Shown here: positions 40,421-49,468 of the stretch, piece after piece
Position numbering within the stretch: the stretch's first letter is position 1
Layout of the letters: every line of letters starts with the position of its first letter
Assembly (NCBI GenBank): GCA_963668615.2
Contig: CAXXCL010000001.1
Location: forward strand, 233,521-297,520
Direction of reading: 5' to 3'
DNA length: 64,000 bases
Origin: Paludibacteraceae bacterium
GTDB lineage: Bacteria; Bacteroidota; Bacteroidia; Bacteroidales; Paludibacteraceae
Made by a program: the position numbers and the translations under genes
Notes under the pieces: model-generated
Seen by the model: only the letters and a program-made list of their open reading frames with translations
What the model was told of the DNA's origin: nothing
The model's database searches: none

Positions 40421-41077
40421 AAAGACCCTTTGCTTTCGCACGAATCTTTTCGTGTGGAAGTGTTATAAAAGTAGGATATTTACAATGCAAAAAATAGATA
40501 TGGTTATGCCCACTATTGTGATTTATTTGTTGGATTTGATTGTGTAGATTTTAATGCATGTGCAACAAGTACACAAACAGTTAAGTGTAAACAAGGAACG
40601 CCAAATAAAAGCGAAGAAATCAAGAGTAAATACATTTGTACGCCTGATTTATTTGATTATGTTTACTCATGCTCTGCACGTTTAAAAGGTGGTAGATATG
40701 ATTTGGGAAATGGACCACCTACATCAAAGGATGGGTCAACATTTTTAGGACGTGGTTTTATTCAATTGACAGGCAAGTATAATTACAAAGAATTAAGCAA
40801 AGCCTGGAATGAAGATTCTGAGAATGCCAACAATAAAAAATATTTTCATATACAAACTAAAGATGGAGGACATATTGATGAGTTAGTAACTGACTTAGAT
40901 GTAGCTATGAAAGCGAGTATGTACTTTTGGAGATTAAAAGGATGTAATACGTATGCAGATAAGGATGATACAGCTGGGGTAACAAAAAAAGTTAAGGGGA
41001 CAGACAAGGATTTAAAAGAAATTATAAATAGAGGAAATATAAAAGACAAAGCATTAAAAGCATTAAAATTTAAATGA
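40421..41077 (+). pseudogene. Orphan GH19-family lysozyme/chitinase-like domain, 5'-truncated and interrupted
   Basis: One reading frame gives KDPLLSHESFRVEVL, stop (TAA 40466), K, stop (TAG 40472), then DIYNAKNRYGYAHYC...RYDLGNGPPTSKDGSTFLGRGFIQLTGKYNY...ASMYFWRLKGCNTYADKDD...VTKKVKG. No ATG precedes the track's TTG at 40703. GRGxIQLTG.NY and the xxWFW-like motif are GH19 signatures. Confidence 0.65.
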
Positions 41078-41820
41078 TTATGAAATTTAAACAACTACTA
41101 GCGATTGCGATTTTATCTACGAGTGTTTGTAATGCTCAAATAGTAAAATTATCAGATTTGAATGGCACTTGGGTTAGTGGTTTGAGAGAATCTAGTTTTA
41201 TTGTATTTGTAAAAGACACAATGGTAGGATTGGATTTTTTTAAACTTCCAGATGTTTATATTAATTATACAAAAGTTGGATTTGTTGATAAAAACAATCA
41301 AGATTTAATAAATATATATAGGAAGGAGTTTAATATGAATTCGAATTCTAATGAAGATATACGCATGGTAAATTTTGATGTTCCTGAAGACATGAAAATT
41401 GAAATTATGGATGAACAAATTAATGAAAATGATTATTTTTATTATGGAGGTACATTATGTAGTTTAGGTATTGACCCAGAGGATTTACCCTCTAAAGTAG
41501 GTTCTAGGTTTGAATTGATAAATTCTAATGTTTTTGTTTATATCAAAGTCGAGAGCTTGCCCAACGAGTATTTAAAGGCGTTGTATAAAAAAGGGAAAAA
41601 TGATAAAAAGGATTATCTAAAAGATTTCTTTAATATGGAATTTAAAGAAATCAAAGCAACAAAGTCCATTATTTATTCTACCCCCAACAAACCCACTAAA
41701 ATGTATCTTCTCAAGGGTGACGTAGTAGAAATATTGCAAGAAAAAGATGATTGGTTACAAATCAGGTATTATGGCAAGAAAACCATAGAAGGCTGGATAA
41801 AGAAGGGTGATGTGGAGTAA
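41074..41820 (+). CDS. Secreted protein with SH3b-like C-terminus, candidate immunity partner of the GH19-like remnant
   Basis: 248-aa ORF whose ATG overlaps the upstream stop (ATGA at 41074-41077). The signal peptide is MIMKFKQLLAIAILSTSVCNAQ. The C-terminal KGDVVEILQEKDDWLQIRYYGKKTIEGWIKKGDV is SH3-like. Confidence 0.6.
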   Translation: MIMKFKQLLAIAILSTSVCNAQIVKLSDLNGTWVSGLRESSFIVFVKDTMVGLDFFKLPDVYINYTKVGFVDKNNQDLINIYRKEFNMNSNSNEDIRMVNFDVPEDMKIEIMDEQINENDYFYYGGTLCSLGIDPEDLPSKVGSRFELINSNVFVYIKVESLPNEYLKALYKKGKNDKKDYLKDFFNMEFKEIKATKSIIYSTPNKPTKMYLLKGDVVEILQEKDDWLQIRYYGKKTIEGWIKKGDVE

Positions 41821-42044
41821 TGAAATAATGGATCAAAAGGAGAACTATTTGTATCAGAATCCCCGTCCAATGCGATTTAATTAATCCCATTACTCTATGT
41901 TATAAGAAATTGCATTTCGTAAAAGAACCAAATATATGGAAGAGGAAAATCAAAAAATAATTTATTTTCCCGTCAAGCAATATTTACCAATCCTGTTTTT
42001 TTTATTTTTGAAATGAATAACCAACATATTTCCAAATAAAGAGG

Positions 42045-42052
42045 TACTTTTG
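42045..42052 (+). promoter_or_regulatory. Putative -7 box TACTTTTG
   Basis: TAnnTTTG match 29 nt upstream of the 42081 ATG. Confidence 0.45.
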
Positions 42053-42080
42053 CATTGATTTTTCCTAAATAAATTTACAC

Positions 42081-42917
42081 ATGAATAAGAAAATTATCCT
42101 CATCTGCACTATATGTTGCGGATTAGTCATTTCAGGATGCAACAAGGCTACCAAAAATGATGCAAAAGCGGAAGTTGCACATACTCCAGTTGTAAAACAA
42201 GATACCGTTGTTGCCGCTCCAACCATGAACACGCCTGAACAAATTTTGGCAAAGCCCGAAGTTCCGGTTCTTTGTTATCACCGTATCACAGAAGGTCACG
42301 AAGGCACTTATACGGTAACACCTGCCACATTTGCGGCACACATGAAAATTTTGGCTGATAGTGGTTATCACTCCATTTCCCCTGATCAATTGTATGATTA
42401 TCTTGTGTACAACAAAAATTTACCCGAAAAACCTTTCATGATAACTTTTGATGACTCGAGAGTAGAACACCGTGAAATAGCCGCTCCGACGATGGAAAAA
42501 TACGGATTCAGAGGCGTTTTCTTCATCATGACTATTACGTACAACAAAAAAAATTACATGACAACAGACCAAATTGCACAATTAGCTAAAAATGGACATA
42601 CTGTTGGTATGCATAGTTGGGATCATACAATGGTAACAAAATACAAAGATTCGATTGATTGGCAAAAAGAAGTCGTTGCACCAAAAGCAAAGTTAGAAAC
42701 AATAATTGGCAAACCTGTTGAATATTGGGCTTACCCAAATGGCGTTTACAACCACGAAGGAGCTGAAGAATTGAGCAAATATTTTAAAATTTCGTTTATA
42801 CTTTCATCAAAACGCGATTCTATACAGCCGTTGCAAACAGTACACCGGATGATTACAACCGAATGTTCACCGGAAAAATTGTTAAAAACAATGAACCGAA
42901 CATTTAAAATGAAGTGA
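42081..42917 (+). CDS. Polysaccharide deacetylase (NodB-homology) lipoprotein
   Basis: 278-aa ORF with a lipoprotein signal (..VISGCNK) and NodB motifs TFDDSRVEH and HSWDH. Confidence 0.8.
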   Translation: MNKKIILICTICCGLVISGCNKATKNDAKAEVAHTPVVKQDTVVAAPTMNTPEQILAKPEVPVLCYHRITEGHEGTYTVTPATFAAHMKILADSGYHSISPDQLYDYLVYNKNLPEKPFMITFDDSRVEHREIAAPTMEKYGFRGVFFIMTITYNKKNYMTTDQIAQLAKNGHTVGMHSWDHTMVTKYKDSIDWQKEVVAPKAKLETIIGKPVEYWAYPNGVYNHEGAEELSKYFKISFILSSKRDSIQPLQTVHRMITTECSPEKLLKTMNRTFKMK

Positions 42918-42937
42918 AAAACAATTGTGGCAAACAG

Positions 42938-42967
42938 AGCAGGATGAATAGTCCTGCTTTTTTTATT
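42938..42967 (+). terminator. Rho-independent terminator
   Basis: AGCAGGA-tgaatag-TCCTGCT followed by a T7 tract. Confidence 0.6.
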
Positions 42968-43107
42968 TCATCTTTTCGAAAAAAAAAGAACGATGTGAGA
43001 TTTTTGATAACCTCCCTATAAGTTCAATTCCTTAGAAATGTAAACAAATTCGCATTTTTTATTTGCTTAAAAATATGTTATTTACAATATTATCAATAAA
43101 AAAAAAT

Positions 43108-43115
43108 TACTTTTG
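43108..43115 (+). promoter_or_regulatory. Putative -7 box TACTTTTG
   Basis: This TAnnTTTG match lies inside the 5' extension of the track ORF starting at 43063, which supports the internal ATG at 43165. Confidence 0.45.
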
Positions 43116-43164
43116 CACTGCAATTTTTAACATAAAGAAATCCAAAAACAGTCAACAATTATTT

Positions 43165-44193
43165 ATGAAAAAACTTTTTATTTCCTTAGCCATCTCAATC
43201 ATTTTTATCCTTAGCGGATGTTCGGGCAAGACAGAAACAAATAAGGTTGAAAAGACCGAAAAACAAGATTCTATTACCCTTCCGGAGAAAAAAGAAGTAA
43301 AACCTATCACATTAGATACATTGGCCTACAACCAAAAAATAGCCGCTTTGGCAAATGGGGACACCACGGGTCGATGGCCTGTTCAGGGTCAACCCTATCC
43401 CTTAGATGGAGCTATTTTGCCATTCAAAAGGATTGTTGCCTATTATGGTAACCTATATTCTAAAAGAATGGGCGTTTTGGGAGAATATCCACCTGCAGAA
43501 CTATGGCAAAAGTTAAATACCGAAATCAAAGCATGGGAAGCCGCTGACCCAACCACTCCGGTAATACCTGCTATTCACTATATTGCTGTAGTAGCACAAG
43601 GCAATCCTTCAAAAGACGGAAAATACCGCACGCGTATGCCCGACTGCCAAATTGATTCGGCTTTATCAATAGCCAAAATGGGAAATGCCATCGTCTTTTT
43701 AGATGTTCAAGTAGCCTTGAGCAACGTACAAGAAGAAGTCCCTTTATTAGAAAAATATCTCAAAATGCCTAATGTACATTTGGGTATCGACCCCGAATTT
43801 TCAATGAAAGACGGAAGTTTGCCGGGGAGAAAAATCGGCACAATGGATGCAACAGATGTTAACTTCTGTGCCGAATATTTAGCAAAACTGGTAAAAGAAA
43901 ACAATTTACCTCCTAAAATTCTTATCGTACATCGTTTTACTCAAGGAATGATTAGAAATTACAAAAACATTGTTTTGCATCCTGAAGTTCAAATTGTTAT
44001 GAATATGGACGGCTGGGGAGAACCTGTCTTAAAATATGATACATACAGACAATATATTTACAAAGAACCGGTACAATTTACAGGGTTTAAACTCTTTTAT
44101 AAGAATGACTTAAAGAAAAAGCCAAACCGTATGCTAACGCCTACAGAGCTTATGCAATTAAAACCTCTGCCAATTTATATTCAGTATCAGTAA
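43165..44193 (+). CDS. Hypothetical lipoprotein
   Basis: From ATG 43165 the ORF reads MKKLFISLAISIIFILSGCSGK, a lipobox. I could not confidently assign a family from the sequence. Confidence 0.6.
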   Translation: MKKLFISLAISIIFILSGCSGKTETNKVEKTEKQDSITLPEKKEVKPITLDTLAYNQKIAALANGDTTGRWPVQGQPYPLDGAILPFKRIVAYYGNLYSKRMGVLGEYPPAELWQKLNTEIKAWEAADPTTPVIPAIHYIAVVAQGNPSKDGKYRTRMPDCQIDSALSIAKMGNAIVFLDVQVALSNVQEEVPLLEKYLKMPNVHLGIDPEFSMKDGSLPGRKIGTMDATDVNFCAEYLAKLVKENNLPPKILIVHRFTQGMIRNYKNIVLHPEVQIVMNMDGWGEPVLKYDTYRQYIYKEPVQFTGFKLFYKNDLKKKPNRMLTPTELMQLKPLPIYIQYQ

Positions 44194-44199
44194 AAACAT

Positions 44200-44234
44200 A
44201 TAACCCTTCGCCAGACAGCGAAGGGTTATTTTTT
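44200..44234 (+). terminator. Rho-independent terminator
   Basis: 12-bp stem ATAACCCTTCGC / GCGAAGGGTTAT with a 6-nt loop and a T-tract. Confidence 0.7.
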
Positions 44235-44338
44235 CTATAAATTTATTTCAGCAAAAATAAAAATAGTATTTTCTTTGCCGACGTTTTATGAGAGCAAAAC
44301 CCTATTTGCTCTTTTACCAAAATAAATAAGACAAGGCA

Positions 44339-46651
44339 ATGCAAAAATATATTCTTCTTTTTTATTTCTTTTTATCCATTTCTATTTCAGCTCAAGTTTC
44401 CGATAATTTCTTTGATAATGACTTCTCAAATAACCCCGAATGGAAAGGAAATGCAGAAAAGTTCATTATTAACACATCTCAACAATTACAACTCAATGCC
44501 ACAGCCGAAAACGGAACTGCCTATTTATCAACCTCCTCGCAAGTAACCAAAAACGCCTCCTGGGAATGCTTTGTAAAAATCGCATTTACACCAAGTTCAT
44601 CCAATCTGGCAAAAATTTATCTTATTTCCGACAAAGAAGACCTAACAGCCCCATTAAACGGTTATTATATTCTGATTGGAAACAACACAAAAGACATTAG
44701 CCTTTACCGACAAGAAGAAACAACCTCCACCAAAATTATTGATGGCACAGACAATCGATTAAATGGCTCTACCAATGAAGTTTTCATCAAGGCTACCCGT
44801 TCATCAACGGGCGAATGGAAGCTATCCTCAAAATTATTAACCGAAACAGAATACTACACAGAAGGATCGACAATTGACACAAAACTGGAAGCTTGTTATT
44901 TTTCAGGCATCGTGTGCAAATACACTTCAACACGCAGTACCGAATTTTATTTTGATGATTTTCTCATTTCGGGCGATTTATATGAACCACCTGTTTTGCC
45001 AACCTACAAAGCCATTCGCGGCGATATTGTTTTCAATGAATTAATGGTCAAACCAACCCCAACAGTTGGACTCCCCGACGCTGAATATATCGAATTATAC
45101 AATAATACAAACGAAGCTGTCAACCTCCAAAATTTCACGCTTAACGGATTTTCTAAAACCTGTACATTTCCTCTTTATGTTATTCAACCGAACAATTTTG
45201 TTATTGTCTGTAGCAAAACAGTTTTGCCATCAATGCAACAATTTGTCAATTGCATCGGGTTAGAAAATTTTCCTCCACTTAGCAATTCAAGTGGACTTTT
45301 ATCTCTCTATAATGCCGAAAATGAACTCATTTCTTGGGTAGAATACTCGGAAAATTGGCTCACTGACTCTTTCAAGAAGAATGGGGGCTGGAGCTTGGAA
45401 TGTATTGACCCGACAAATTTTATAGGCAATTCTTCCAATTGGAATTCAAGCCAAAATCCACAAGGAGGAACACCCAACGCCACAAACAGCATTCAAGCCA
45501 CAAATGAGGATGTAACGGAACCTATTATCAAAAACATTGATGTAATTGACAATCAGAATATTACATTATATTTCGACAAACCGATGAATACCTCTCTGCT
45601 ATCGGACATAAGCAAATATATTTTGAGCCCAATAACAAACCTCTCTCTAGCTACTTCTAACGCACCTCAAGGAAATACCGTAAGTCTCCAATTTGCTGAA
45701 AAACTGCAAGAAAACACGGTTTATACACTGCAAATACCTGAAATAAAAGATGTTAATGGCAACAAAACCGATAAAACATATCGAATAGCAATTCCGGAAG
45801 ATATCGAACCGAATGATATTATCATCAATGAAGTTTTATTCAATCCATATAGTAACGGCGTTGATTTTGTTGAAATATACAACCGTTCCGACAAAGTTTT
45901 GAACCTAAAACAATTGATGCTTGCCAATAAAAATAGTGATGGAAAATTAAATGCCTTTCCCGTAATTGCACCAAACGGATTTCTAATCTTTCCACAAGAT
46001 TATGTTGTTTTGACAACCGAAAAACAAGCCGTCTGCAATTTCTACACATGTCCTGAGAACGACCATTTTTTAGAAATAAATTCATTCCCTAGCTTCCCCG
46101 ACAATGAAGGAACTGTTGTACTTACCACCCTAACCGAAACCATCATTGACGAATTTTCTTATTCGGAAAAATTTCACCATGCACTAATTAATAACCCAGA
46201 AGGCGTTTCCTTGGAACGTATCAGTTTCAATCGTCCATCCAACGAAGCAAGCAATTGGCATTCTGGGTCTTTTAATACAAACTACGCGACTCCGGGCTAC
46301 AAAAACGCACATACCACCGAAAAATCGACATCCGACGCTGAAATCTGGTTATCTCCAAAAACATTTTCACCGGATAATGATGGACAGGAAGATATTTTGA
46401 CCATTAATTACAAATTTACAGCAGCAGGTTACATAGCGAACCTAACCATCTACGATGCAAACGGAAACAAAGTAAAACAACTGTACAACAATGCCCTATT
46501 AAGCGACGAAGGTTCCACCACATGGGACGGCACAGACGAACAATCAAAAGTTGCTCCGGTGGGTATTTATATTGCCTACTTCGAAGCATTTAAAACAGAT
46601 GGGTCTATAGTGAAAGAAAAAATGGCTTTTGTGCTTTCTGCAAAAAAATAA
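44339..46651 (+). CDS. Secreted lamin-tail-domain (LTD) protein with Ig-like C-terminal domain
   Basis: 770-aa ORF with a signal peptide and two LTD-like segments (IVFNELMVKP...AEYIELYNNTNEAVNL and IIINEVLFNP...VDFVEIYNRSDKVLNL). The C-terminal FSPDNDGQEDILTINY...LTIYDANGNKVKQL...WDGTDE...GIYIAYFEA resembles a FlgD-Ig or T9SS type-B CTD. Confidence 0.7.
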   Translation: MQKYILLFYFFLSISISAQVSDNFFDNDFSNNPEWKGNAEKFIINTSQQLQLNATAENGTAYLSTSSQVTKNASWECFVKIAFTPSSSNLAKIYLISDKEDLTAPLNGYYILIGNNTKDISLYRQEETTSTKIIDGTDNRLNGSTNEVFIKATRSSTGEWKLSSKLLTETEYYTEGSTIDTKLEACYFSGIVCKYTSTRSTEFYFDDFLISGDLYEPPVLPTYKAIRGDIVFNELMVKPTPTVGLPDAEYIELYNNTNEAVNLQNFTLNGFSKTCTFPLYVIQPNNFVIVCSKTVLPSMQQFVNCIGLENFPPLSNSSGLLSLYNAENELISWVEYSENWLTDSFKKNGGWSLECIDPTNFIGNSSNWNSSQNPQGGTPNATNSIQATNEDVTEPIIKNIDVIDNQNITLYFDKPMNTSLLSDISKYILSPITNLSLATSNAPQGNTVSLQFAEKLQENTVYTLQIPEIKDVNGNKTDKTYRIAIPEDIEPNDIIINEVLFNPYSNGVDFVEIYNRSDKVLNLKQLMLANKNSDGKLNAFPVIAPNGFLIFPQDYVVLTTEKQAVCNFYTCPENDHFLEINSFPSFPDNEGTVVLTTLTETIIDEFSYSEKFHHALINNPEGVSLERISFNRPSNEASNWHSGSFNTNYATPGYKNAHTTEKSTSDAEIWLSPKTFSPDNDGQEDILTINYKFTAAGYIANLTIYDANGNKVKQLYNNALLSDEGSTTWDGTDEQSKVAPVGIYIAYFEAFKTDGSIVKEKMAFVLSAKK

Positions 46652-46681
46652 ATTGACAATTATTCTAATAAAAAAATATCG

Positions 46682-46689
46682 TATCTTTG
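46682..46689 (+). promoter_or_regulatory. Putative -7 box TATCTTTG for gpmI
   Basis: TAnnTTTG match 49 nt upstream of the ATG. Confidence 0.45.
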
Positions 46690-46737
46690 CAAAACAATTG
46701 AAAAAAGAACGAAAACAAAATAAAACATTTAATTTTT

Positions 46738-48249
46738 ATGAAAAAAGCATTGCTAATGATTCTTGACGGATGGGGAATAGGAAACCACTCTAAGTCAGAT
46801 GTTATATTCAATACACCAACCCCTTACTGGGATTATCTGACAGAAACCTACCCCAACTCCCAGTTACAAGCTTCCGGCGAAAATGTAGGGTTGCCTGATG
46901 GACAAATGGGAAATTCAGAAGTTGGACACTTAAACATTGGTGCGGGACGTATCGTATACCAAGATTTAGTAAAAATAAACTTGGCTTGCCGCGACAATTC
47001 CATTCTTGAAAATCCGGAAATAGTAAAAGCTTTCTCCTACGCAAAAAATAACAAAAAATCAGTTCATTTCATGGGATTAGTTTCCGATGGAGGTGTTCAC
47101 AGCTCATTGGATCATTTACTCAAACTATGCGATATCGCCAAAGAATACAACATCGAAAATACATTCATTCACTGTTTTATGGATGGCAGAGACACCGACC
47201 CTCGCAGCGGAAAAGGATTTATCGCTGAGTTGGAAGACCACACCAAAAAATCTACCGGTAAAATAGCCTCTATAGTGGGAAGGTATTACGCTATGGACCG
47301 CGATAAACGTTGGGAACGCGTAAAAGAAGCATACGACTTGTTGGTAAAAGGTATCGGTAAACCTGCCGATTGCATGGAAAGTGCTGTACAAGCATCTTAC
47401 GACGAAGGCGTTACCGATGAATTTATCAAACCTATCGTAAACAAAAATGTAGATGGTAGAATCAAAGAGGGAGATATGGTTATTTTCTTTAATTATAGAA
47501 ACGACCGTGCAAAGGAATTAACACTGGTTTTGACTCAAAAAGATATGCCCGAAGTTGGAATGAATACCATTCCTAACTTGCATTTTTGTTCGATGACTCC
47601 TTATGATGCCTCGTTTAAAGGAATCCACATTCTATTCGATAAAGACAATGTAAACAACACATTGGGAGAATATCTTTCTTCTTTAAACAAAACTCAATTG
47701 CATATTGCCGAAACTGAAAAATATGCACACGTAACATTCTTTTTCAATGGTGGTCGCGAAGCTCCTTTCGACAAGGAAGAACGCATTTTAATCAATTCTC
47801 CAAAAGTAGCTACCTACGATTTAAAACCCGAAATGAGTGCCCCCGAAGTAAAAGATGCGTTGGTTGCTGAAATCAATAAAAACAAATTCGATTTCATTGT
47901 AGTAAACTACGCCAACTGCGATATGGTAGGGCATACAGGAGTGTACGAAGCTATCGAAAAAGCCATAATAACAATCGACTTTTGCGTAAAAGAAACCGTA
48001 GAAGCTGCCAAAGCTAACGGATACGAAGTAATCATTATTGCCGATCACGGAAATGCCGATTATGCGGTAAATGAAGATGGTTCTGCCAATACGGCTCACT
48101 CGCTCAACCCTGTTCCTTTCGTGTATGTTACTGAAAACAAAAACGCGAAAGTCAAAAACGGAATTTTAGCTGATGTAGCTCCCTCCATTTGCAAAATTAT
48201 GGGAATAGAACAACCAAAAGAAATGACTGGCAAAGTGCTAATAGGCTAA
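46738..48249 (+). CDS. gpmI: 2,3-bisphosphoglycerate-independent phosphoglycerate mutase
   Basis: 503-aa ORF with [21 protein letters not shown] and ADHGNAD motifs. Confidence 0.95.
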   Translation: MKKALLMILDGWGIGNHSKSDVIFNTPTPYWDYLTETYPNSQLQASGENVGLPDGQMGNSEVGHLNIGAGRIVYQDLVKINLACRDNSILENPEIVKAFSYAKNNKKSVHFMGLVSDGGVHSSLDHLLKLCDIAKEYNIENTFIHCFMDGRDTDPRSGKGFIAELEDHTKKSTGKIASIVGRYYAMDRDKRWERVKEAYDLLVKGIGKPADCMESAVQASYDEGVTDEFIKPIVNKNVDGRIKEGDMVIFFNYRNDRAKELTLVLTQKDMPEVGMNTIPNLHFCSMTPYDASFKGIHILFDKDNVNNTLGEYLSSLNKTQLHIAETEKYAHVTFFFNGGREAPFDKEERILINSPKVATYDLKPEMSAPEVKDALVAEINKNKFDFIVVNYANCDMVGHTGVYEAIEKAIITIDFCVKETVEAAKANGYEVIIIADHGNADYAVNEDGSANTAHSLNPVPFVYVTENKNAKVKNGILADVAPSICKIMGIEQPKEMTGKVLIG

Positions 48250-48306
48250 AAAACAAAATATTTCATCGAAAACAGATAAAGATTTTGGAAATTAAAAAAT
48301 TATATC

Positions 48307-48314
48307 TACTTTTG
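48307..48314 (+). promoter_or_regulatory. Putative -7 box TACTTTTG for rpmH
   Basis: TAnnTTTG match 41 nt upstream of the rpmH ATG. Confidence 0.45.
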
Positions 48315-48354
48315 CCAACCCAATTTTACACAAAAAAAACAAAATATTTAGGCA

Positions 48355-48513
48355 ATGAAAAGGACATTTCAACCATCGAACAAAAAAAGAAAAAACAAAC
48401 ACGGCTTTCGTGAAAGAATGGCTAGTGCTAATGGTCGTAGAGTTTTAGCTGCTCGTAGAGCTAAAGGAAGAACGAAGCTAACTGTTTCTGACGAACCTTC
48501 TTTAAGAAAATAA
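48355..48513 (+). CDS. rpmH: 50S ribosomal protein L34
   Basis: Hand-translated 52-aa ORF below the track cut-off: [52 protein letters not shown]. It has the canonical L34 N-terminus. Confidence 0.9.
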   Translation: MKRTFQPSNKKRKNKHGFRERMASANGRRVLAARRAKGRTKLTVSDEPSLRK

Positions 48514-48537
48514 TAAAGTAAAACATACTTACATATA

Positions 48538-48571
48538 AAGAGAGTAAAGGTCATAACCTTTACTCTCTTTT
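48538..48571 (+). terminator. Rho-independent terminator of rpmH
   Basis: AAAGAGAGTAAAGGT-cata-ACCTTTACTCTCTTT forms a perfect 15-bp stem followed by T residues. Confidence 0.75.
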
Positions 48572-48599
48572 AGTATAACCATAAAACACAAAAAAACGT

Positions 48600-48607
48600 T
48601 ACCTTTG
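48600..48607 (+). promoter_or_regulatory. Putative -7 box TACCTTTG
   Basis: TAnnTTTG match 30 nt upstream of the 48637 ATG. Confidence 0.45.
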
Positions 48608-48636
48608 CTCTCAGTAAACTTAAAGCTTTTCGCACC

Positions 48637-49467
48637 ATGAAAAACAAAAAGATGAACATCTTTGTCAAACACCTTCTCATCGCGGCAGGAGTGCTTGTTG
48701 TTCTAGTAATTGCGGTATTATTGGCATTAAACAGTTATACTCATCATGGAGAAGAAGAAGTTGTTCCTAATGTAAAAAATATGAGCATTGAAAAAGCGGC
48801 TAATATCTTAAAAGCAAAAAATCTTACGTACGAAGTTGTCGATTCTATTTTCAATAGAGATGCCCTTCCCGGCAATGTGGTAGAACAAGACCCTTTGGAA
48901 GGCTCCATCGTTAAAAGAAACAGAAAAATATACATTGTCCTTAATTCGAGTTCTGTACAAAAGATGCCTCTTCCTGAGGTAAAAGATATTTCTTTGCGAC
49001 AAGCCATGTCTATGCTACAAGCTATTGAATTCAAAGTTGCCAATATAGAATATAAAAATTCCGAATACAAAGATTTAGTACTAGGAGTAAAGTACAACGG
49101 ACGTGTAGTAAACCTTGGTGACAAAATACCTGTACGTTCGGCTCTTACCTTAGTTGTAGGAAATGGGCAAACAGGAGCATTGGCAAAAGTTCCAAATCTT
49201 ATAGGATTAACCTATGCTCAAGCTCTGCAAACCACAGAAGAAAACGCATTTTATTTGAATGAAGGCACCTTTGACAAGACTCCTTCCAACAAAAACGACG
49301 AAGCTAAATTTGTCATTTACAAACAAGAGCCAAAACCAAATTCTTCCCTAACTACGGGAGAATACATACAAGTTTGGCTTTCAAAAACACCGGATTTATA
49401 TCCACCTCAAGTACCCGATTCATCAAGTCAAGGGGAAAAATCGATGGAAGAAACCATATCATTTTAA
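48637..49467 (+). CDS. PASTA-domain membrane protein
   Basis: 276-aa ORF with an N-terminal TM helix followed by repeated PASTA-like units (VPNVKNMSIEKAANILKAKNL.., LPEVKDISLRQAMSMLQAIEF.., VPNLIGLTYAQALQ..). Confidence 0.8.
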   Translation: MKNKKMNIFVKHLLIAAGVLVVLVIAVLLALNSYTHHGEEEVVPNVKNMSIEKAANILKAKNLTYEVVDSIFNRDALPGNVVEQDPLEGSIVKRNRKIYIVLNSSSVQKMPLPEVKDISLRQAMSMLQAIEFKVANIEYKNSEYKDLVLGVKYNGRVVNLGDKIPVRSALTLVVGNGQTGALAKVPNLIGLTYAQALQTTEENAFYLNEGTFDKTPSNKNDEAKFVIYKQEPKPNSSLTTGEYIQVWLSKTPDLYPPQVPDSSSQGEKSMEETISF

Positions 49468-49468
49468 G

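Noticed and set aside
40417-40497. 26-aa ORF MKRPFAFARIFSCGSVIKVGYLQCKK, whose ATG overlaps the stop of the 205-aa gene.
   Set aside because: It is too short and unsupported. The same DNA is better explained as the decayed 5' part of the GH19-like remnant.
41821-42044. Right-hand flank of the toxin-like block, searched for further orphan cassettes, att-like repeats or integrase remnants.
   Set aside because: Only an 18-aa ORF (MDQKENYLYQNPRPMRFN) is present. By eye I found no repeat shared with the left flank (35400-35640). A proper repeat search was not possible.
48189-48554. Track ORFs 48189-48413 (+) and 48369-48554 (-) around the gpmI/PASTA intergenic region.
   Set aside because: They overlap the far better supported 52-aa rpmH (48355-48513), and their translations are low-complexity.
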